Shown: positions 43,301 through 51,004, counted from the first letter of the stretch. The stretch is DNA of 64,000 bases from Perlucidibaca sp. (GCA_041612115.1 JBFJJU010000001.1:15537-79536); one strand, 5' to 3'. The notes: generated by a model not told the origin, from the sequence alone. Program-made: numbers and translations.

Positions 43301-43725
43301 GTTATTGCTGGTTTGCCAAGGTCTGGCAGGCCATCGCCGTCTTCGTCGGGATACACACGTAGCGATGTTGCACTAGATGAGAGGGCATTACCGTCTGGGT
43401 CCATGCCTGTTAGGGCAATAGCAAAGGTGTCCGTACCATTGCCTAAATTGGTTAACGTGTGCTGAAAAAACAGACGCTCTGATGGAAGCGCTTGCTTCGT
43501 TGTGCTTCCTGCAAGCTTAAAGGCAGAAACTTGAATGACTCGCGTTTGAAACGTGAGTGATGACGCGGAGGCAAGGTTGCCAGTAGTTGGATCGGTGAAA
43601 TAGGCGATCGCTTTGTTGCTGAGTACAGTGCCCGCCAACGCAGCCGCTTGTAATGGTGTCGCCAACAGCAGCAATGCGCCCAAAAACAGCAGTCGCAAAG
43701 CACTTAGGATTCGGCACACATTCAC
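37303..43725 (-). CDS. Large outer-membrane protein (~2140 aa): DUF11, SdrD-B and Ig domains plus C-terminal beta-barrel; putative anchor/secretion pore
   Basis: GTG start after GAGG; signal peptide (LQA/A); three DUF11 domains; GxVxxD SdrD-B motifs; long amphipathic beta-strand region ending GVYLRLRVKF. Confidence 0.8.
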   Translation of the reverse strand: MNVCRILSALRLLFLGALLLLATPLQAAALAGTVLSNKAIAYFTDPTTGNLASASSLTFQTRVIQVSAFKLAGSTTKQALPSERLFFQHTLTNLGNGTDTFAIALTGMDPDGNALSSSATSLRVYPDEDGDGLPDLGKPAITSLSLAAGKSYRLVAALDIPDSAKADAQYTISLSAVASATSTPAERQVVEDFAVLNGRADAVIKVRKAFSRVSGPAPSALIDVTLTYSNVGSAVASNVTIKDFIGYVRPQFDGSGFSYVAGSARWLTRGGATLSDEDNGNEPGFTVGQGIQFNALKQSPAQSLTKAEVTFTLDSVPAGSQGMLRFQIQATDAAVQGTSSTQNGLELQYNNGRRDIRTQGENTVYYDVQNGSGQVASPDLVLIKQGVGSFFVNTDAQYRLTVRNSGRVSTQGVITVVDKLPKTLQWLPAGSGGGGWTCVLASEDAQFRNVSCSSPVTVEPGQDHAVPLIIAVRPLVTDTDITNTATVQGGGETPDKLGNNDASYTVSIGGESSVSGSVWLDIDHDRRRGATEPGQSGWLIEVLNSNGFVLRSAYTDANGQYTIGGLKPNTPYKIQFREPSPGFPVRGSPVNGESGKTNPDSDADIKNGIIDSITLKPGVNVIEQSLPYDPSGVVYNTITRQPIANAVVTIKGPAGFNAASHLVGGAPAQSQTTGAFGFYQFFLLANAPVGVYELAVEPPAIKPGELGESFKPFFSLLLPPSNTVGSCARDFCLNPDKLAPKGTQYSVNLDNVALAPQAGQDTRYFVRFQINPASSPEIVNNHLPLDPAVIAGDQLLLQKTGNKTRVDLGDVVRYEISLNNASANALANLEVIDTPADGLVYVAGSARWLDQPLPDPQVIGKSLRFKNMPSLAAATIGKLTYRMRVGSAALGSDGINRAFATATGFRSNTATYKVTVQSNLFGDDGFVVGKVFLDCDGNGTQSPKEVGVPAVRLYLQDGSFVITDSEGKFSLYGLKSRTYVMKVDPITLPTDAVLVPISNRHAGVGDSRFIDIEGGDLNRADFAIGNCSDTVLAAVTERRSARGVYKAETDDLVKNRLETTQTISNSENLKQLPAEGVLGSSSAEVKTFWQQRTRDKTPDSQTLMYKSTFFGGSDPKQASEYLQHIFDEADATATLIGIKDGDVLPIDVFDFYAKGPVKGVIKVYLNGVPLSDRFIGKQLEDKDRGFQAYEYVGVRFKSGQNDLELRITDPFGNVRERLPIRVMVPANLARMALIKTVDNVPADGHSLARATLKLADENGTPVTVRTPITIEASAGKLLVEDLNPDEPGNQTFMEGGEISFAIESPQVAGPVSVHASSGIIEAKEEFAFLPELRPMLAVGLIDGMIRFSDFGKNGLLPLRQKESFEKELNMLSYEHGQVQAGMRAAVFLKGRVKGEYLLTLSYDTDKSMKDRLFRDIRPDEFYPVYGDSSIRGFDAQSTSRLYVRIDKKKSYFLYGDYSTSDQTEGLELGRYSRGLTGVKTRYDEGPVRATLFASQDTARQKVEEFAANGTSGPFLLNSRSLLINSERIEVLTRDRQQPSIILQTQTLQRFSDYEVEYFTGRLLFKAPIASLDSNLNPRSIRISYEVETGGKAFWVYGGDVSVDVTEKMRIGSMFARDEDPLQPFQLNAAYMIFKPTDHDQLQLEIASTSSVSTGASPVALSGQAYRIEFSHEKGNVAAKIKFVSSSSAFDNVLSGFAGGREEGSAKVSYRIDDKTQLKAEILQSKDVLSASERLGESVSINRQISSHTDVEVGIRNVNQSGVNVTSESERYTTARVRLNHAIAQLSRATTFLEYEQDVTDSGQRVIAVGGEYGFSSRGKLYLRHELMSSIQGPYSLNDTQERNATVFGIETDYMKNGHVFSEYRVRDALSQREAEAALGVRHNWLVMKGVNVSASVERVKAISGPSTGESTAVTLGADLLRNENTRVSGRLEWRDSDTSVSWLKLLSMASKINDNWTFLTRTIISNTSNKSDSGYQDLARFQVGIAYRPVDKNDLSVLARYERIFERERAAIAEPEMSDIDIFSVHSNYQPIRAVVQSLRLAVKRNQQRVGLERDKTLTYLLSQRLMYDLTKRIDLGINSAMLVVQEGGKLYSLGFEAGYLIKANFWLSAGYNFFGFEEEYLTDEDNTGQGVYLRLRVKF

Positions 43726-43759
43726 AGGCGCGACCTCTAATACTAGGGTGTACTCATAC

Positions 43760-43797
43760 AAAAAGGCCCCACTCAGCTCATGCGGCTGAGTGGGGCC
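43760..43797 (-). terminator. Intra-operon intrinsic terminator / stabilising hairpin
   Basis: Perfect 13-bp stem GGCCCCACTCAGC/GCTGAGTGGGGCC followed by TTTTT on the minus strand. Confidence 0.88.
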
Positions 43798-43810
43798 AGT
43801 CAGTGTTTAC

Positions 43811-46390
43811 TTAAGGAGCAAGACCTTCGACCTTAACGGTGAACTTCAGGGTTACCGTTTGTCCAGGCTGCAGCGTGACCGCCGTAGTGGACACAGATCC
43901 ACCTGACTCCGCTGCGCTACACGCTACAACACCGGCCGAACCAGTACAGCTAGCTGCTGGCACGTTCGCGTCAGTAAAATAGCTGGTAAATGCCGGCACC
44001 ACATCGTTGATAACAACGCTTTCTGCTGCAAAGGAGCCGCTGTTAGTTGCAACCACGGTGTACTCCAAGCACTCACTTGGCTTCACTGTTGCAGCTGCTG
44101 CACTCAGCGTACCGTCGCAAGCCACATCGTTTTTGCCTGTTTTCACTAAGTTGATGAAACCGCCCACTACATTTGTGGTGTCAGTAGCCGTATCTGAAGC
44201 ACCACTAACTGCTGTTGCGGTCAATGTGGTTGTTGAAGAGGTGCCAATTGGTGTGTTCGATGGTACAGCCACAGTCACGAAAACTTGAACGCTAGTACCC
44301 TGCAATAAAGTACGCGGCGCTTCGGAAAACAATGGGTCGGTTGCATCTAGCACACCGTTACCGTTGGCATCGTAATACACCACTGAACTAAGGCCGTTGG
44401 TATCTACTTTGCCAATTGTAATGGTCTCAGAGGCGTTACCATTGTTTGTTAATGTGTGCGTGTAAACCACATTACCACCAGGGAAGGCCTGCTGTGTGTT
44501 GTCAGGATTTAGTGAAATGGCGTTAGCCGCATTCACAGTGACGTCATCTCGTTTAATATCCATAGTGCCTGTCGTGTTCGATTTCACACGGAAGTACACT
44601 TGCGCTGCAGTTGTTGCCGGCGTTGTTACGGAGCTGGTGACCACACCGCAGAAATATGCCGTCGCGCCCGCATTAACATTACCAGTATCAACTACCTGGC
44701 CACCCAACGCAGAACAATCATGTGCAACGCTAGCATCTTGGTAGAACGCCACCGTAAAGTTGCTGTTCACGGGCGTTAGCGCGTTATTGAAATCACCACC
44801 TGCCGAGAATGTGTAGGTGTCTGCTACTGCACCACTCGTAACCTGCAGCACAAAAGTAGCTGCCGAACCAGGATTCACTGCAGTTGTCGTAATAGCTACG
44901 TCAGCACCTGCGCCTACACCTAAACCAGGGCCGTTAGTTAAGTCGACGGTGTTAGCAGTAATAGTCGTTAAGATGTTATTCATTGTGTTGCTGTTATCAG
45001 CAGGGGTGGCATCGCCAACTACCGATGTTGCCTTCAACACTAAGTTGTATGGTCCGCCGACGGCATTACCTGCCAACGTGACCTTGACTACAACCTTGTA
45101 CTCACCACCAACAGGCAGATTTCCAGTGTCGACAATGCCGTCTCCATTGGTGTCTAAGAGTGGCGTGGCGCCATCATTTTTCAAGATTTGCACTGTCGAG
45201 CCAGCAGGGAACGTTGAACTATCCACCGTTATATTGAATCGATCCACACCGTTACCAGTATTGTGAACATAGTCATTAAACGTAATAGTCGCACCTTGGT
45301 TTGCGCTAACAATAGTCTGCGGCTCGCCCTGCAAATCAGTTGCATCAGCTGTCACACCATTCAAGACAACGCTAGTGGACTGGATCACAGTAAATGGTAC
45401 GGTATTAGTTTGTGAGCCCTGACCTAGGCCAATGCTGTCGATATCACATGCACCACCGCTGATGCAGTAGTAGCCAGTGTTATTGATTACACCCGTCGCC
45501 ACACCAGCATTGACAGTTGCTTTAAATTGCAGAATGGCGCTACCACCTACAGGCACATTCGCCACCGTAGCAGCAATGCGCCTTTCGCCGGCAACGTACT
45601 TATAGGTCACACCAGATGGATTCACTTCAGCGTCTACCGCATCGGTTAATACATTAGGGCCTGCTTTACCGCTCTCAGGCACGTAGGTGAAGCCTGCAGG
45701 AATAACGTCAGCTATCAATACATTAGTAGCTGCTTGGTTACCGTTGTTTTGATAGGTCAATGTATAAGTTACTTCCGTGCCTGGAGCACCTGAAGAGACA
45801 CTAATGCCTTTTAAAACATTTATCACAGCCGCTGTCGAAACAGTAACGGTGTCGGTGTTGGTGACAGTTTTTGCGACATCAAACGCACTGGTTGCCGTGA
45901 GGTCAATTGAACCACCTGCAGCTGTGAGCGTTTGTGTTTGCACAATTAAGGCAACTTGAGCGCCGGCAGCCAGCTGAATGCTAGTAATTTGTGTATCGCC
46001 CACATCTACCACGCCATTTGCGTTGATGTCGCGATAAACCACTGCGTTAGCAAGGTTAACGCCAGCGTTGTTTATTGTTGCCAAATTAAAGGTATCTACG
46101 CCGTTACCTTTGTTGGTCAATGTGTGCGGGAAGTACACGAATTGGCCTTGAGCAGCCAGCTTCGTTTGTGTCGCCGTCAATGTTAACGACGCCACTTGTG
46201 TGACGGTAGATGTCACCACCCCAGAGGTCGCACTAAAGTTATTACCACCGCCATCGGTGTAGCTAGCTGTGGCTTGGTTACCAATCACTGTGCCCACGGC
46301 AGGTGCTGCTGCACTTGCAATAGGCGCATTAATCGCTAACGCAAGAGCAAACGTAGCTCCCGCCAAACGGCGCATTGTTGTGAAATTCAT
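43811..46390 (-). CDS. Secreted DUF11/Ig-repeat protein (859 aa); putative major filament subunit
   Basis: Signal peptide (ASA/A); T/V/A/G/N-rich beta domains; N-terminal GTVIGNQATASY hairpin; C-terminal truncated DUF11. Confidence 0.8.
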   Translation of the reverse strand: MNFTTMRRLAGATFALALAINAPIASAAAPAVGTVIGNQATASYTDGGGNNFSATSGVVTSTVTQVASLTLTATQTKLAAQGQFVYFPHTLTNKGNGVDTFNLATINNAGVNLANAVVYRDINANGVVDVGDTQITSIQLAAGAQVALIVQTQTLTAAGGSIDLTATSAFDVAKTVTNTDTVTVSTAAVINVLKGISVSSGAPGTEVTYTLTYQNNGNQAATNVLIADVIPAGFTYVPESGKAGPNVLTDAVDAEVNPSGVTYKYVAGERRIAATVANVPVGGSAILQFKATVNAGVATGVINNTGYYCISGGACDIDSIGLGQGSQTNTVPFTVIQSTSVVLNGVTADATDLQGEPQTIVSANQGATITFNDYVHNTGNGVDRFNITVDSSTFPAGSTVQILKNDGATPLLDTNGDGIVDTGNLPVGGEYKVVVKVTLAGNAVGGPYNLVLKATSVVGDATPADNSNTMNNILTTITANTVDLTNGPGLGVGAGADVAITTTAVNPGSAATFVLQVTSGAVADTYTFSAGGDFNNALTPVNSNFTVAFYQDASVAHDCSALGGQVVDTGNVNAGATAYFCGVVTSSVTTPATTAAQVYFRVKSNTTGTMDIKRDDVTVNAANAISLNPDNTQQAFPGGNVVYTHTLTNNGNASETITIGKVDTNGLSSVVYYDANGNGVLDATDPLFSEAPRTLLQGTSVQVFVTVAVPSNTPIGTSSTTTLTATAVSGASDTATDTTNVVGGFINLVKTGKNDVACDGTLSAAAATVKPSECLEYTVVATNSGSFAAESVVINDVVPAFTSYFTDANVPAASCTGSAGVVACSAAESGGSVSTTAVTLQPGQTVTLKFTVKVEGLAP

Positions 46391-46447
46391 GGTGTTACTC
46401 CGAGATGAAACAAGGTTTTTTATTTAGGCCTACAAACAGCAATGGGC

Positions 46448-46918
46448 CTAGTTGCTGTTTACGCTCGCGCGCAAGGTAACAATTTTGCTTTTTTCGGCAG
46501 GGATTACGCCGATTCCCCAGCGCACCGCGCGATACTCCGACAGTGGCACCTCAACTCGCTTGAGTCGGCCATCTGCCTGCTTAACGTCACGCATCAGAGG
46601 TATTTTTGAGAATGCAGCGCCATCCAAGCTTGCCTCTGCATCGGCAGGCACCGTCGACTTGCTCAATAGTGTTAAGCCTTGCGGAATCGGCACTACACCA
46701 ATCACACCGCCAATGGGTCGTTTGGTCAGATTTTTGTAGGTCGCGCGATATTCAATAATGTCCGCAGGCTTCACTTCGTCGGCGGGCAAAAAGTTCACTT
46801 TCCCTTTTACGGTGGTCACCGTATAAGCATCTAGTGAGACCGACAGCACGTCATCAGCAAGAGCTAACGCTGGCGAAAATACGAAGGCTACAAGCAATAA
46901 AATTGCATAACGAAACAT
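46448..46918 (-). CDS. Small secreted DUF11-like protein; putative chaperone/cap
   Basis: Signal peptide; VKPADIIEYRATYKN...PIPQG...VRWGIGVIPAEKSKIVTLRASV follows the DUF11 strand pattern. Confidence 0.72.
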   Translation of the reverse strand: MFRYAILLLVAFVFSPALALADDVLSVSLDAYTVTTVKGKVNFLPADEVKPADIIEYRATYKNLTKRPIGGVIGVVPIPQGLTLLSKSTVPADAEASLDGAAFSKIPLMRDVKQADGRLKRVEVPLSEYRAVRWGIGVIPAEKSKIVTLRASVNSN

Positions 46919-47040
46919 TATTATATGCCATTAAGTTATAACTAGATTTTTACTATATCACTTCGCAATTTGCGTGAAAATTACACTTTCTATATATTTG
47001 TTAACACTCGGATAGCATAACCAGACAAGGAAGACTGATT

Positions 47041-47679
47041 TTGAGCCCGCCGACCAATAAACAAGACGATTTTCTGCCTAGCGGCGCATTAGTATCGACC
47101 GATATTGCAAAGAAGCGTTTGCTAAAAAGCGCCTTAGTAGTTTTTGCAACGCGCGGATTTCACCGCACGACCGTTTCCTTAATTATTCAGCAAGCACAAG
47201 TTTCTCGACCAACGTTTTACCTACACTTCGAAAATAAAATAGACTTAATCACGCAAGCATTATCTGCACACTGGCTTGAGCTGAATGCCGCATTAACTCA
47301 CGCCTCGGCAAATGCCCAAACGCTAGAGGCTAAATCTAGTGCGCGAATTTCAGTATATTTTATGTGGTGGTGCGAGCGCGCAGAACTGGGCAGAAGACTA
47401 TTTAGCGAGGCTAATGACCCAAGTTCACCGGTTTTTTCTGTGCGGGAAAATATGATCTCAACAATTACGCAATATTGGGCCGATCAACTCAGCCTTAAAA
47501 ATACAGCGGCCACTATTGATAGTTTAGAAATAAGCGCCTTTCTCAGCATGATCGAACAGCTTTGCATAAAACTACTACGACTAACTGATGAAGAGCGCAA
47601 AGCCGAGCAAGAACGCTTTATAAACTGTGCCGCCACGGTGACGCACAGTTATTTTGCACACAAGAAGCTAGTCGGCTAA
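47041..47679 (+). CDS. TetR/AcrR family regulator (start uncertain)
   Basis: GFHRTTVSLIIQQAQVSRPTFYLHFENK HTH. Confidence 0.82.
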   Translation: MSPPTNKQDDFLPSGALVSTDIAKKRLLKSALVVFATRGFHRTTVSLIIQQAQVSRPTFYLHFENKIDLITQALSAHWLELNAALTHASANAQTLEAKSSARISVYFMWWCERAELGRRLFSEANDPSSPVFSVRENMISTITQYWADQLSLKNTAATIDSLEISAFLSMIEQLCIKLLRLTDEERKAEQERFINCAATVTHSYFAHKKLVG

Positions 47680-47702
47680 TTCATTGCTGACAGTTAGCCG
47701 CC

Positions 47703-48416
47703 CTAAGACTCCAGCTTCTTCTGTACTTGCTCATAGCTAACGTGACGCACATCGGCACCCTTCACTAAGAAAATCAGCTGCTCTGCGATATTGCGGGCAT
47801 GATCGCCAACTCGCTCAAGTGAACGCAAAACACCCATGACGCTAAGCACGCGCGAAATTGCACGCGGGTCTTCCATCATATAAGTGACCAAGGCGCGTGT
47901 TGCAGTGCGGTACTCTAGGTCAATTTCAGCATCGGCCTTCATGACTTTAAACGCTTGCTCAGCATCAAAATGAGCAAAGGCATCTAGCGTTTCATGAATC
48001 ATCGTGCGCACTAAATTACCAATGTGACGACACTCCAAATAACCGCGTGGCGCCTCACCCTCTTCACACAAGGTTTTCGCAGCACGGGCAATTTTCGCTG
48101 CCTCATCGCCCATACGCTCAAGATCCGTAATCGATTTTCCAATGGCAATAATCATGCGCAAATCTGATGCGGCTGGCTGACGACGCGCTAGAATCCGCAC
48201 AATATCTTCGTCAATGCCAGACTCCATTTGATTAATGCGACGGTCATTCCCTTGCACCGAAGTTGCCAACTCCGAGTCAGCATCCAGTAACGATGTAATC
48301 GCATCGGTCACTTGCTTTTCCACCAAGCCGCCCATAGCCAAAAAATGACTGCGTACCTCGTCGAGCTCTGCATTGAACTGGGCCGAGATGTGTTGGCGAT
48401 AATCTTCACGCTTCAT
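47703..48416 (-). CDS. phoU: Phosphate signalling protein PhoU
   Basis: HISAQFNAEL, RRQPAASDLR, DLERMGD, LERVGDHARNIAE. Confidence 0.96.
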   Translation of the reverse strand: MKREDYRQHISAQFNAELDEVRSHFLAMGGLVEKQVTDAITSLLDADSELATSVQGNDRRINQMESGIDEDIVRILARRQPAASDLRMIIAIGKSITDLERMGDEAAKIARAAKTLCEEGEAPRGYLECRHIGNLVRTMIHETLDAFAHFDAEQAFKVMKADAEIDLEYRTATRALVTYMMEDPRAISRVLSVMGVLRSLERVGDHARNIAEQLIFLVKGADVRHVSYEQVQKKLES

Positions 48417-48432
48417 TGCAGTATCTCCACGA

Positions 48433-49311
48433 TCAGCCGTAACGGCCCGTTATATAGTCTTCGGTTTGTTTATTTGTTGGATTTGTAAACAGCGTATCGG
48501 TGTCACCGTATTCAACCATCTTGCCCAAATACATAAACGCCGTGTAATCCGACACACGAGCCGCTTGCTGCATATTGTGCGTCACCATCAGAATGGTGAA
48601 TTGCTCTTTCAACTCATGAATCAACTCTTCCACTTTTAGAGTGGAAATAGGATCCAGCGCCGAGCATGGCTCATCAAGCAAGAGCACTTCAGGCTGCACA
48701 GCAATCGCCCGAGCAATAACTAAACGTTGCTGTTGGCCACCTGACAAGCCTAGCGCGCTATCGTGCAAGCGATCCTTCACCTCATCCCAGAGCGCAGCGC
48801 CTTTCAGCGATTGCTCAACGACTTCATCGAGTACGCGCTTGGATTTCTGACCTTGCAAGCGCAGGCCGTAAGCTACGTTTTCATAAATGCTTTTGGGAAA
48901 TGGGTTGGGCTTTTGAAAGACCATGCCAACACGTTGACGTAAGTCTGTGATATCCACTGAGCGGTCAAAAATATTTTGCTTATCGAGCAAAATCTCTCCT
49001 TCGACTCGGCAACTATCAACCAAATCATTCATGCGATTGAATGTCCGCAACAGCGTAGATTTACCGCAGCCTGATGGCCCAATGAACGCCGTCACACGGT
49101 TCTTAGGCACGCTCATATTGATACCGTGCAAGGCCTGCTTGTCGCCGTAAAACAAGTTCAAATCTCGCGTTTCAATGCACATCGTCTCTGCAGACAAATC
49201 TCTATGCCGACGGGTACGGCCAAAAGCTCCGTTATCACTAATGCTTGCTTCTGTAGCACGGCTGGCGTTATTCATGGACTGCTCACGCGACGTTAAATCA
49301 TTCATGGTCAT
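48433..49311 (-). CDS. pstB: Phosphate ABC transporter ATPase
   Basis: [35 protein letters not shown]. Confidence 0.97.
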   Translation of the reverse strand: MTMNDLTSREQSMNNASRATEASISDNGAFGRTRRHRDLSAETMCIETRDLNLFYGDKQALHGINMSVPKNRVTAFIGPSGCGKSTLLRTFNRMNDLVDSCRVEGEILLDKQNIFDRSVDITDLRQRVGMVFQKPNPFPKSIYENVAYGLRLQGQKSKRVLDEVVEQSLKGAALWDEVKDRLHDSALGLSGGQQQRLVIARAIAVQPEVLLLDEPCSALDPISTLKVEELIHELKEQFTILMVTHNMQQAARVSDYTAFMYLGKMVEYGDTDTLFTNPTNKQTEDYITGRYG

Positions 49312-49342
49312 GGGTTCCTAATCAATCTGTGGGCAAGGTCGC

Positions 49343-51004
49343 TTACGACTCCAGTGCCTTATACTTTTCACGTAGACGGTTACGCAGACTCACGGCCGAC
49401 AAATTCAAACCAGCAACCACCGCGACCAACAAAAATGCAGTTGCGTAGACTAAAGGCCGTGCGGCTTCAATATTCGGGCTTTGAAAGCCAACATCGTAAA
49501 TATGGAAGCCCAAATGCATGAATTTGCGCTCCATGTGCAGGAATGGCGCATTGCCATCCAATGGAAGCGTCGGCGCTAGCTTAACTACGCCAACCAACAT
49601 AAGCGGCGCGACCTCACCTGCTGCACGCGCAATCGCCAAAATAACCCCGGTCATGATCGACGGCGTGGCCATTGGCAGCACCACACGCCACAGTGTTTCA
49701 GCCTTGGTTGCGCCTAATGCTAGCGAACCTTCTTTCAAGGCTCGTGGAATACGCGATAAGCCCTCTTCTGTTGCCACAATGACAACTGGTAAGGTTAACA
49801 ACGCTAGCGTAATGGATGCCCACAGCAGACCCGGCGTACCAAATACTGGAGCTGGCGACGCCTCTGGATAAAACCACTGGTCAATATTGGCACCCAGGAA
49901 GTAGACGAAAAAGCCCAGACCGAAAACGCCATAAACAATCGAAGGCACGCCAGCTAAGTTGTTCACTGCGATCCGTACAACCTGAGTGACTGCGCCTTGG
50001 TTGGCGTATTCACGCAAGTAAATTGCAGCGATTACCCCCATCGGCGTCACCATGATGGTCATGATCAGCACCATCAACACCGTGCCAAAGATGGCAGGAA
50101 ACACACCACCCTCAGTATTTGCCTCACGAGGATCGCCCGACAAAAATGCCCACACGTTGTGGAAGTAGACCGCTAGCTTTTGCAGCACATTGAGATCGTT
50201 TGGCATCGTTGCATGCACAAGCTGATTAACCGACAGCTTCAACTCTTGACCCTGCCCTGTGGTCAACAATACGGAGTCGCGACTGGCTTGCTTTTTCAAT
50301 GCCTCAAGCTTCTCCGAAAGCAGCGAATACTCAGCATCTAGCACGGTTCGACGCGCAGCTAAATCAGCCTGTGCAGACTCACTCAGCGCCTTGTCTAGCA
50401 CTAGGCGGCGCTCTTCTAAGCGCAGCTTTTCAATGCCATAGTTAATCTTGCCAATCTCATTTTTCTCAATGGCTACGATATCTTCGTGCAATGCATTACT
50501 GCGCTCGATGCTCGTCTGTAAGGCATCCCAAGCCTTCTTGCCACTAGCAACAACCTGTCCATTCTCACTAACGGATTGCAGGCGACCATAGAAATTGCCC
50601 CATTCCATGCGCTCGAGCACAACGATATCTTCTGGGTAGCTGACATCGCTTAGGCCATCGAAAAATACCCAGCGGAAATCGGCACCGGTGACATCGCGAT
50701 TGCCTAACTTTAACGATAAGCGCTCAATCGAATCTTTACCTGCCGGTATTTGCAAGCCAGCCTCTTTAAGACGCGCAGAAGTATCGAATTTGCGGTCATA
50801 TATCTCGCCTAGCACGATTTCAGTTTGGCTACTGCCTGGCGCAGAGTAACTCGCCTGCATCACATCGGCCGGCCAAAAATGACCTAGGCCGCGCACAGCT
50901 ATAAGCCCTAAAACACCAATCACCATGATCAATGAAATAGCGACGGTGCCTGCATTTAGCCAGACCCAGGCTTCACCTGATTTGAAATATTCGCGTGTTT
51001 TCAT
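49343..51004 (-). CDS. pstA: Phosphate ABC permease PstA (long Pseudomonas type)
   Basis: NLAGVPSIVYG, EGSLALGATK, RAAGEVAPL. Confidence 0.95.
   Translation of the reverse strand: MKTREYFKSGEAWVWLNAGTVAISLIMVIGVLGLIAVRGLGHFWPADVMQASYSAPGSSQTEIVLGEIYDRKFDTSARLKEAGLQIPAGKDSIERLSLKLGNRDVTGADFRWVFFDGLSDVSYPEDIVVLERMEWGNFYGRLQSVSENGQVVASGKKAWDALQTSIERSNALHEDIVAIEKNEIGKINYGIEKLRLEERRLVLDKALSESAQADLAARRTVLDAEYSLLSEKLEALKKQASRDSVLLTTGQGQELKLSVNQLVHATMPNDLNVLQKLAVYFHNVWAFLSGDPREANTEGGVFPAIFGTVLMVLIMTIMVTPMGVIAAIYLREYANQGAVTQVVRIAVNNLAGVPSIVYGVFGLGFFVYFLGANIDQWFYPEASPAPVFGTPGLLWASITLALLTLPVVIVATEEGLSRIPRALKEGSLALGATKAETLWRVVLPMATPSIMTGVILAIARAAGEVAPLMLVGVVKLAPTLPLDGNAPFLHMERKFMHLGFHIYDVGFQSPNIEAARPLVYATAFLLVAVVAGLNLSAVSLRNRLREKYKALES

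Noticed and set aside
31807-46739. Many 60-170 aa plus-strand ORFs across the DUF11 operon
   Set aside because: Antisense shadows of the long T/V/A/S-rich genes.
30639-46918. Classical chaperone-usher, T1SS/RTX or type V autotransporter locus
   Set aside because: No PapD/PapC motifs, RTX repeats or ABC/MFP genes recognised; the barrel region is too long for a standard autotransporter.
46919-47040. Pho box or sigma54 promoter for the adhesin operon
   Set aside because: No 11-bp GTCAT repeats and no correctly spaced GG-N10-GC found.
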